Shown: one piece after another, positions 1 to 8,971 of the stretch
Layout: every line of letters begins with the position of its first letter
How positions within the stretch are numbered: the stretch's first letter is position 1
Source of the DNA: Macrostomum lignano
Lineage: Eukaryota
Direction: 5' to 3'
DNA: 26,493 nt
Assembly: GCA_002269645.1 (NCBI GenBank)
Contig: NIVC01005090.1
Coordinates: 1-26,493, forward strand
Program-made: the position numbers and the translations under genes
Notes under the pieces: generated by a model
What the model was told of the DNA's origin: nothing
The model's database searches: none
What the model saw: only the letters and a program-made list of their open reading frames with translations

Positions 1-2
1 AG

Positions 3-521
3 CCTAGGCAAGATCAGGAAGAGAATGACACTCAGGAAGAGAATGACACTCAGGAAGAGAACGACACTCAGGAAGAGAACGACACTCAGGAAGAGAACGA
101 CACTCAGGAAGAGAACGACACTCAGGAAGAGAACGACACTCAGGAAGAGAACGACACTCAGGAAGAGAACGACACTCAGGAAGAGAACGACACTCAGGAA
201 GAGAACGACACTCAGGAAGAGAACGACACTCAGGAAGAGAACGACACTCAGGAAGAGAACGACACTCAGGAAGAGAACGACACTCAGGAAGAGAACGACA
301 CTCAGGAAGAGAACGACACTCAGGAAGAGAACGACACTCAGGAAGAGAACGACACTCAGGAAGAGAACGACACTCAGGAAGAGAACGACACTCAGGAAGA
401 GAACGACACTCAGGAAGAGAACGACACTCAGGAAGAGAACGACACTCAGGAAGAGAACGACACTCAGGAAGAGAACGACACTCAGGAAGAGAATGACACA
501 TCCAAAATCATTACCTTCAAG
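3..521 (+). CDS. Partial internal exon encoding an acidic (EENDTQ)~27 repeat, ending ...SKIITFK at a splice donor
   Basis: Frame 3 is open from the window start (PRQDQ-EENDTQ...-EENDTSKIITFK). It ends at AAG|GTAAGA (GT at 522-523, phase 0). This frame is missing from the ORF track because it has no start codon. Confidence 0.55.
18..500 (+). repeat. 18-bp tandem repeat GAAGAGAACGACACTCAG, ~27 near-identical copies
   Basis: Seen directly. Only AAC/AAT variation, in the first two and last copies. Confidence 0.98.
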
Positions 522-599
522 GTAAGAGAAAACTCGAGTTGATTATTGGGTTGCCTAGCAGTAGCTAGGGCCTAGAAGTGATTGTTCCTTGATTACTAA

Positions 600-1490
600 G
601 AAAGTCTTGGTAGTATGGAACACATCAAGTGGCATCTTTGAGTTCATCCAGTGTCACCAGTCGTCCATCAGCTACCAAGCCAAAGTTATAAACTTCCATA
701 GTGTCGGATAGAATGATTTCAGTAGCGTTATTGTTCTTGATTCCATAGCTCCTCCTTGGCAAGCTGGCATCCACATCCAGCATCAATTCTTCCCAGTACT
801 GCACTTTGTAATTGAATTCTGTCAGTTTTAGCGCTCATCGGGTCAGCCTATGGCTAAGACCGTCTTCGGTAGATTCTTCAAAGAATTAATTATATGACCG
901 AATTAATTAAAGAATTAATTAATTAAATTGATGTGCTTGGTCAGTCTACAGTGTGAATCTCTTGCCGAGGAGCCTTTTCCTAGCTCTTTCTACAGCCCAG
1001 ACGATCGCCAAGCGAAGGCTTCTCTCACGATATTAGAGCAACTGGGATTAAATCAACTGGGATTAAATCAACGATGATGAGAGCAACTGGGATTTATGTA
1101 TAGCCTTCATAGTTCAGAGTCAGGTACCCAATTTTCACCAGAATTTTAGCGCACCAAAGAAGCTGCTGATCTCAGCCTCGGTCATTGTGTCGTTCATGAC
1201 GGCCACCGCCTGCATCGGCCGTTCAGCATTCGTGAGTCGCCATGTCGAAGTCAGGTGCAGTTGGGATGCTTTATGCAGAAAACGAGCCTATTTGAGTCAA
1301 CCTGCTCTGGCGGCACGAAGCCTCCGTTGGAGAAAAATGTTCGGCTCAAGAGAGACGCCGATGTCAGGCCTCATTCTGGTAGCCCTGCTCCCCGGCCTGC
1401 AGGTGGCCGAGTTCGACTCGGACACTCGCCAGTGCTCGCTGTTCCCATACACCACAGTGTGCCACCTCATCGATGAACTCGCTGCTGCAG
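600..1490 (-). mobile_element. Decayed Ty3/gypsy LTR-retrotransposon pol fragment (RT C-terminal part, thumb, RNase H)
   Basis: Minus-strand translation with stops and shifts gives FIDEVAHCG (YIDD-like) and QAVAVMNDTMTEAEISSFFGALKFW (thumb, EVRSFLG-like). It also gives SNIVREA/LAIVWAVERARKRLLGKRFTL*TDQ (RNase H, EREALAIVWA..TDH-like) and HRLTR*ALKLTEFNYKVQY...DVDASLPR (RLARWAL.L.EFDF...ADALSR-like). Confidence 0.85.
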
Positions 1491-2007
1491 AGAGCTCGCA
1501 ATTCCAGAGCCGTCAATCTCCTCACATTGAGCAGTGAACCCATGCTGGACGCGGGCTAGAAGCTGAGAGCCGTGATGAGCCATAAGCGACGTTGCTCTCT
1601 CAAGATCGACTTGCTCTCTGGCTCTTATTCTTCGCCTAGCCTAGTCAGGCACCTGGGATCTCGATCCCCTTCACTGAGTTCGTTTCCCCATTAGTAATCT
1701 GCACCAGGCCCAACTAGCTAAAGCTTGCTTAGTAGTCATGTATCGCGAAGTTTTTCATTGATTCACTTCATTCATTTTCGCGATGCGCATGCAGAATCGA
1801 GTAAATGTGCCCATGTTACGAGACTCTGTACATGTTATGAACCTCTGTGTACATGTTATGAACCTGTACATGTTCATGCACATGTTATGCGTGCATGCAA
1901 CACCATTCATTTGCATGCAGGTGTCCCCGGGTCCCTTGGCTTGGTGTTTCTAGAAGAGTATCCAAAGGACTTTTAGTAGGGCAAGAGGCTATATAGCTAG
2001 CTAGATA

Positions 2008-2139
2008 GTTAGTTAGGGCTAGGTTTTAGGTTAGGGCTAGGTTTTAGGTTGGAGTTAGATTATGGGTTAGGGTTAGTGTTAGAGCTTAGGGATTTGAGCT
2101 TAGGATAGGGTCTAGGTTAGGTTTAGGTAGGGTTAGGTT
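2008..2139 (+). repeat. Degenerate telomere-like (TTAGGG/TTAGG) array
   Basis: Irregular GGTTAGG, GTTAGGG and TTTAGG units, with the same strand polarity as the array at 7137-8215. Confidence 0.8.
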
Positions 2140-2988
2140 CGGCTGTCAAGCGTGTATGTCCAGCAAATTTGTTTCTGCGTTGGCGGCGTCCGGAAATGGG
2201 AAAAGAAAGAAGCAGGCGATCGGGTATTGAGCTGAGATCCCTACGGTTAAAGTGCAAAAAAGCTTTCGGCTGACGGAACTCCGCGGTGCGCTTGTGCTGG
2301 TGAACGGAAGCCATCAACTCCGTGTATTTGAGCACCGGGGGCGAGCATGAGCTGACTACAGTCTGTCTATAGGGTTTGATTCGATCGCTACTTTTTGCAG
2401 GCCTTCAAACATATGAGCAGTGAACTATTTTGATTGAATTTGGTGCGAAAGGTAAATAAAATCTAGACAAATGACCTCAAGTGACCCTTAAGGATCAGTT
2501 AGGGGAGCGGCTTCTGGGCCGCTTGTCTCAAGCGCGCATTCACAGCAGTGCTTAATTATAATCTTAAAGAATATTGCGGCATGGCGCGAACTAAGTCAAT
2601 GATTGCAGAGGGAATGGGGCTGCAGGCTAACGAGCTCTGCCTCAAGCCCGCTATTCACAGCGGGCCTCTCAGCTGCTGCAGCAAAAGTAACACGCAGACT
2701 ATAAGGAATATCATAAGAATTAGCTTTGCTCGTACCGAGGTTGGGAAAACAATGAGTGTTGAGCAGAAATTAAAAACTCCACTTAAGCATAGAGATTAAA
2801 ATGGTGAGAGAGGTTTGCCCATTGCTGCGCTGTCTAGCTTGTCCCACAGTTTTCAGTTAAGTCACTTCAGCAGATTCGAATTCTCAGCTGCGTCCACTTT
2901 GTTCTCGGCTGTTGAGATATGCTGAAATTTGAAGTTTCGACTTAATTGTTTTTCTTTTTTTCAACAGCTTTTGGTCACGAAGGGAAAG

Positions 2989-3748
2989 GGAGCCCGCAGT
3001 TGGGGTGGCTGAGGGCAATTTCAGGGACAAGATTTAGAGCGCCTATGTACGCAGAAGGGAGCCAGCAGTTGGGGTGGGTGAGGGCAATCACAGGGACGAG
3101 ATTTAAGCCGCCAATGTACTCGGGGGAAGGAAGCCAGCAGTTGGGGTGGGTGAGGGCAATCACGGGGACGAGATTTAGACCGCCAATGTACACAGGAGAC
3201 GGGAACCAGCAGTTGGGGTGGGTGAGGGCAATCACAGGGACGAGATTTAGAGCGCCAATGTACGCGGAGGAAGGAAGCCAGCAGTTGGAGTGGGTGAGGG
3301 CAATCACAGGGACGAGATTTAAACCGCCAATGTACTCGGGGGAAGGAAGCCAGCAGTTGGGGTGGGTGAGGGAAATCACAGGGACGAGATTTAGAGCGCC
3401 AATGTACGCGGAGGAAGGAAGCCAGCAGTTGGAGTGAGTGAGGGCAATCACAGGGACGAGATTTAAACCGCCAATGTACTCGGGGGAAGGAAGCCAGCAG
3501 TTGGGGTGGGTGAGGGCAATCACGGGGACGAGATTTAGACCGCCAATGTACACAGGAGACGGGAACCAGCAGTTGGGGTGGGTTGAGGGCAATCACAGGG
3601 ACGAGATTTAGAGCGCCAATGTACGCGGAGGAAGGAAGCCAGCAGTTGGGGTGGGTGAGGGCAATCACAGGGACGAGATTTAAACCGCCAATGTACGCTC
3701 GTACTCGGGGGAAGGAAGCCAGCAGTTGGGGTGGCTGAGGGCAATCAC
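2989..3748 (+). repeat. 72-bp minisatellite, ~10.5 copies, three unit variants
   Basis: Unit GGAAGCCAGCAGTTGGGGTGGGTGAGGGCAATCACAGGGACGAGATTTAAACCGCCAATGTACTCGGGGGAA and variants, in the order A B C A B A B C A B plus a partial copy. Confidence 0.97.
3694..3703. mobile_element. Probable mariner excision footprint TA-CGCTCG-TA inside a minisatellite unit
   Basis: Three sister units read ATGTACTCGG. This unit reads ATGTACGCTCGTACTCGG, i.e. the TA is duplicated around CGCTCG. Confidence 0.75.
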
Positions 3749-3815
3749 TTAAGAGTGCACAGTTGAGATGGGAGGTAGCTGGAGTAAAAGCAAAACTTAC
3801 CCACCTGCGCAGCGA

Positions 3816-6800
3816 TCACCTGACGTGATACATGGATGTCGGGGGCAGGAAGTTGGAGCAGCTCCGCAGCAGGCGGTTGTAGTTGTCCAGAATTATATTC
3901 TCCCGATGCAGGTTGATGTCAACTTGTGGATCAAACAGATGCGAGTTGCCGTGCTGCAGTTCCCGGAACTCCTCGTACTCGTACACATTCCAATAGGGCA
4001 CGCCGCAGTTCTTCATAAGCTCCTGGCCGCCACCGCCGCCCCCGCTGCTCGCAGGAACGCCGCATGGGTTGTTTGAAGTCTGCTGCGTCTTCGGAGTCGC
4101 TGACTCGGTCTGGGTGCTCAGCTGCAGGTTCGGTGGGGGGAGGCGGTGTTGCAGAGCAGCTAAGAGTATTGTGGAGTGTACTGATAAACAGTCCAAGTGT
4201 CTTGACTACACAGCCAGCAGTACTTTGAGCTGCCCAGTCTCATTCATCATCACTGAGAGACTCACCTGCGCGTTGCTGGCTGACCAGCAGCCGGGCAGCG
4301 GGTGGCGCTTGTTGGACTGGTTGCTGCAGGACAGCGGCACCAGCAAGGCCGACAGTGACAGCGGCTGCGCTGGCTGCTTCAGCTGACCGCGGCTGCCGCG
4401 GCTCCGCCTTGATTGGCTGCGGGCCGCAGCCCCTGTCAGGCGAGCGGCATTTTAGGGTGCGCGATTTTGAATTTGTGTCCATGAAAGAGTTGTGCGTACA
4501 TTTCTACTACGAGCGTATTAGTAGATAAACAAATATTTGCAGTAGGTTTTGAGCACCTCCTTGCACTGACTCCTGCTGACAAGGATAATTTACACAGGCA
4601 CGTACTTATTACACAGGCTTACTCAAGGTGTACAGCGGCTTTCTAATTGTCAGGCATGTTGTACTCTGCCTGTGTCTCGGGGGTTGGCCCGAATTTGCTG
4701 GAATCGCACGACAAACCTCGGCGGCCAACTTTTGTGCACACGTCCCAAATGAAGTTCAGGCAAGCAACACGGGAAAAGCATAAAGTAGTTGAGCCAAAAT
4801 TATTCTTATAAAAACCTAAGGTTGGCATGCAGACTTTCTGTGTCTTAAGCGCTGCTTCATGAGGAGGGAAAGCGAGTTGATGACGCGCGTCTTTTTTTGA
4901 CGAATGTACCTGTTTGAAAAGTTCGAGAATTCTATAACTTCCACGAGGTGGCCGCTTGTGAAGCTTCTGGTGAAGAAAGTCTGGAAGCCTCAGAACAGAC
5001 GATTCTAAAAATAAACATTTGACCCGATTATATTTTGGTTTCATCGTGTTTCTTGTCCCCTCTCTTCATTTCTCCGATTTTGCAGCACCCCAAGCGCAGA
5101 ATCGCTCTTCCTTACCTGAAGCAAACTCGACCCGCCTCCCGCCGCCGCCCCCGCCGGCGCCGTCAGTCCCAGCTGTGCGCTCCGAGCGCGCGGCAAAGTG
5201 CGAACTGCGCTGGTCCTTCTCACTGGCCGGCTGCGAGGTGAGATGTGAGGGGGGTGAGAGTGAGGGTTGCGATGTGAGGGGCGTGGGTGTAGGATGAGGT
5301 GCGCGGGGTGAGGGTTGCAGGGTGAGGGGTGAGAGAGGGCGGGGTGAGGGTGCGGTTGAGAGAGGGCGGGTGAGGGTGCGGAGTGAGGGGTGCGGGGAGG
5401 GGGCGGGGTGAGGAGTGAGGGGTGCAGAGTGAGGGGTGCGGAGTGAGGGGTGCAGAGTGAGGGGTGCGGAGTGAGGGGTGCAGAGTGAGGGGTGCAGAGT
5501 GAAGAGTGCGGAGTGAGGGGTGCGGCGTGAGGGGTGCAGAGTGAGAGGTGCAGAGTGAGGGGTGCGGCGTGAGGGGTGCAGAGTGAGAGGTGCAGAGTGA
5601 GGGGTGCGGAGTGAGGGGTGCGGATTGAGGGGTGCAGAGTGAGGGGTGCGGAGTGAGGGGTGCGGAGTGAGGGGTGCAGAGTGAGGGGTGCGGAGTGAGG
5701 GGTGCGGAGTGAGGGGTGCGGAGTGAGGGGTCCGGTTGCTACCCAACCTCCAGTTCCCGAGTCGCTACCCCAACCCCAATCTCCAAAGCCGCTAGCCCAA
5801 CCCCAATCTCCAAAGCCGCTAGCCCAACCCCAATCTCCAAAGCCGCTAGCCCAACCCCAATCTCCAAAGCCGCTAGCCCAACCCCAATCTTTAAATCCGC
5901 TAGCCCAACCCCAATCTCCAAAGCCGCTAGCCCAACCCCAATCTCCAAAGCCGCTAGCCCATCTCTCATCCTCCCAGAGTCGCACCAGCTGGCTGTCTCC
6001 GCAGTAGTCCTGCAGGTGGAGGTCCGTGGCGTTGCAGTTTCTCTGTACGCTCGGCCCGCTGAGGCAGAAGCGGGACTGGGAAGCCAGCGGACAGGCGAAG
6101 GCGGGCTGCATGTTGGGCTGCTGCTGACTGAGGAGCTTGCTGACTGCGGTGAGGAGATCGGCCTTTGGAGAGCAGGGCTTGCGGCTGAGACTGAAATAAT
6201 CTTAAAGACTTTTGAGGAATGAGACTCAGAGTATGAGGCATGAGAATCAGAGTGTGTGAGGCATCAGAATCAGAGTGTGAAGCATGAGAAGCAGAGAGTG
6301 TGAGGGATAAGAGAGTGTGAGGCATGAGAATCAGAGAGTGTGAGGCATGAGAATCGGAGAGTGTGAGGCATGAGAATCGGAGAGTGTGAGGCATGAGAAT
6401 CAGAGAGTGTGAGGGAAATGAGAGTGTGAGGCATGAGAATCAGAGAGTGTGAGGCATGAGAATCGGAGAGTGTGAGGCATGAGAATCGGAGAGTGTGAGG
6501 CATGAGAATCAGAGAGTATGAGGCATGAGAATCAGAGAGTATGAGGCATGAGAATCAGAAGCAGTTAAACATGAGAATCCGAGTTACAGATAGGCATGTA
6601 TGAGAATCGGAGAGTGAGACATGAGAACATCTGTGTTACAGATGAGACTGTGGGGCAGCGACTGAGATGTGAGCCAGTAAGGTGGTGCAAAAATCAATTA
6701 TAAAATACCGAATTTCGGCAAAAACAGCAGCGACGATGACTCACACACTTCAGATGCCGAATGCTGATCCTCAAAGTGAGCTCCCGCGGGCAAATTCTCA

Positions 6801-6913
6801 ATTCTCAGTGCAGTTTGACAAGCGGTTGCCATGGGGGCGGGGGTCCCAATATGAAAGACGAAGGGGCAGTCATGCACTGCAGCCATTGGTCTATGGCCCG
6901 GCCTGGCAGCCAT
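3816..6913 (-). CDS. Spliced hypothetical protein (~404 aa) with WG/GW repeats. Exon model: 6913-6745, 6200-5743, 5230-5116, 4432-4266, 4121-3816
   Basis: All four junctions are GT-AG with matching phases (1, 0, 1, 0), and the summed length of 1215 nt is a multiple of 3. Donors GTGAGT (6744), GTAAGG (5115) and GTGAGT (4265) are strong. The donor at 5742 (GTAGCA) and the start codon are weak. No family recognised. Confidence 0.5.
4508..4517. mobile_element. Probable mariner excision footprint TACGAGCGTA (intronic)
   Basis: Exact match to the recurring 10-mer. Removing CGAGCGTA leaves the palindrome TCTACTA-T-TAGTAGA. Confidence 0.6.
5250..5730 (+). repeat. 14-bp G-rich minisatellite GAGGGGTGC(G/A)GAGT, degenerate at its left end
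   Basis: Seen directly. It fills predicted intron 5742-5231, and the GGGG runs give G-quadruplex potential. Confidence 0.95.
5764..5960 (-). repeat. 27-bp repeat, ~7 copies, encoding WGWASGFGD on the minus strand
   Basis: Plus-strand unit GCTAGCCCAACCCCAATCTCCAAAGCC, in frame with the upstream non-repetitive ORF 6111-5961. Confidence 0.9.
6231..6625 (+). repeat. 23-bp purine-rich minisatellite GAGGCATGAGAATC(A/G)GAGAGTGT
   Basis: Seen directly. It lies in predicted intron 6744-6201. Confidence 0.95.
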
Positions 6914-6994
6914 GCAGATCAGAGGCTTCCCTCCATCATATAATATAGTAGAGAAAAGCAGCCGAGTGCAGACGGTATGAAATCAACCCAGTGC

Positions 6995-7042
6995 CAGGGA
7001 CTGCTAAATACTACGAGCGTATGTAGTATTTAGTAGTCCCTG
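6995..7042. other. 20-bp inverted repeat (hairpin) with the footprint TACGAGCGTA (7012-7021) at its apex
   Basis: CAGGGACTGCTAAATACTAC ... GTAGTATTTAGTAGTCCCTG, one mismatch. Confidence 0.85.
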
Positions 7043-7136
7043 CCCACTGCCTTCGCCGGGAAAATCACAGAGGAAAATGCAAATCCAGTTTGAACGGGAG
7101 CCTTGAAATCTGACCGCCAGCAAATCGAATTTGGTT

Positions 7137-8215
7137 ACGGTTTAGGTTAGGATTTAGGTTAGGGTTTTCGGTTAGGACTTAGGTTTGTTTTTTTGGTTAC
7201 TTAGGTTTGGGTTTTAGGTTAGAATTTAGGATAGGTTTTAGGTTAGACTTATGTATGAATTTTAGGCTAGGATTTAGGTTAGGTTAGGATTATGGTTAGG
7301 ATATAGGTTAGGGTTTTAGGTTAGGATTTAGGTTAGCGTTTTAGGTTAGGATTTAGGTTAGGGTTTTTGGTTAGGATTTAGGTTAGCGTTTTAGGTTAGG
7401 ATTTAGGTTAGGGTTTTTGGTTAGGATTTAGGTTAGGGTTTTAGGTTAGGATTTAGGTTAGGGTTTTAGGTTAGGATTTAGGTTAGGGTTTTAGGTTAGG
7501 ATTTAGGTTAGGGTTTTAGGTTAGGATTTAGGTTAGGGTTTTTGGTTAGGATTTAGGTTAGGGTTTTTGGTTAGGATTTAGGTTAGGGTTTTTGGTTAGG
7601 ATTTAGGTTAGGGTTTTAGGTTAGGATTTAGCTTTGGGTTTTTGGTTAGGATTTAGGTTAGGCTTTTTGGTTAGGATTTAGGTTAGGGTTTAAGGTTAGG
7701 ATTTAGGTTAGGGTTTTTGGTTAGGATTTAGGTTAGGGTTTTAGGTTAGGATTTAGGTTAGGGTTTATGGTTAGGATTTAGGTTAGGGTTTTTGGTTAGG
7801 ATTTAGGTTAGGGTTTTTGGTTAGGATTTAGGTTAGGGTTTTAGGTTAGGATTTAGGTTAGGGTTTTAGGTTAGGATTTAGCTTTGGGTTTTTGGTTAGG
7901 ATTTAGGTTAGGCTTTTTGGTTAGGATTTAGGTTAGGGTTTAAGGTTAGGATTTAGGTTAGGGTTTTTGGTTAGGATTTAGGTTAGGGTTTTAGGTTAGG
8001 ATTTAGGTTAGGGTTTATGGTTAGGATTTAGGTTAGGGTTTTTGGTTAGGATTTAGGTTAGGGTTTTTGGTTAGGATTTAGGTTAGGGTTTTAGGTTAGG
8101 ATTTAGGTTAGGGTTTTAGGTTAGGATTTAGCTTTGGTTTTTTGGTTAGGATTTAGGTTAGGCTTTTTGGTTAGGATTTAGGTTAGGGTTTAAGGTTAGG
8201 ATTTAGGTTAGGGTT
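7137..8215 (+). repeat. Interstitial telomere-like satellite: 25-bp unit GGTTAGGATTTAGGTTAGGGTTTT(A/T) with a 250-bp higher-order repeat
   Basis: Diagnostic variants recur every 250 bp: GCTTTGG at 7631/7881/8131, TAAGG at 7691/7941/8191, GGGTTTATGG at 7761/8011. Confidence 0.97.
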
Positions 8216-8971
8216 TGAGTTGACAGTCAATGTGTGGCAGTCAAATGTCGCGGACCTGTCAGCTGAGACGAGAACACTCGCTATCAAAAAGTGCATCTGA
8301 CAGATTCTGTAACCCTGCTGTCAGCTCATATAGAAATTTGCATTTTACCTAAATTAAAGCTGACAGATGTGCAACTATGGACAGCTGAAGTGGAAGGATG
8401 CACTCTTGATTTTCTTCGAAAACTTCCGAAAACTCAAGCTGTACATTCAAAGCGGCCTACTAGAATTCTGCCAATATTTGCAAGTGTAACGTCCTGTGTT
8501 GTTAAGTAGTCCTTGGCCTGGAACACGCGTGAGTTCACAGGCGAAGTCCTGGCAATGACCAGCTGACAGCCAGTGGAGCTCGTCACGGGTCGCTTTTGAG
8601 CGCGCATGCAGAGGCCGGCACCCGATTGACATGCCGGCAAACAACTGGAAACAGAAGATCCAAGCCATTGCTCTGCAGGCCATGCAGCCGCAGCAGGCGC
8701 TCTGAGCACTGAGATGGAATTTTGTATTTTAAAGTCGTCCTTTAGTGCCCCCGTTCAGTCTTACAAATAAATGAGCAGTGTTGGGGATTACTTCATTGGT
8801 AAACTAAATACGTGTATGAGCATTTTGGTAGGCAGGTAAGCTAAGTGGGTGACTGCAAGCCCTACTGTCTGTAAAACTCAGCATTGCACGGACTGAGCTG
8901 GAGTTGGTTCAAGATGGGCGAGAAAGCTTCAGTCTCTCGAGGGCTTCAGCAAGCCCTGCAGGCAGCAGTCT

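Noticed and set aside
4-525. ORFs (LPECRS)n and (TTLRKR)n
   Set aside because: By-products of a stop-free 18-bp repeat. Only the EENDTQ frame connects to a splice donor.
2401-2451. 51-nt segment with canonical acceptor and donor
   Set aside because: Stops in all three frames, so it is unsupported as a coding exon.
2946-3437. RFamide-like neuropeptide precursor (TGTRF-R/K repeats)
   Set aside because: No signal peptide, no Gly amide donor after RF, no dibasic sites, and the array has a stop and a frameshift.
5041-5746. Long Pro/His-rich ORFs (RTPHSAPLTPHPSL)n
   Set aside because: Translation of the 14-bp minisatellite, which lies between a plausible donor and a good acceptor.
18-8215. Tandem arrays as CRISPR arrays
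   Set aside because: Units are contiguous with no unique spacers, there are no cas genes, and the context is eukaryotic.
7137-8215. True chromosome end or fusion site
   Set aside because: Internal, single polarity, and a 25-bp composite unit rather than pure TTAGGG.
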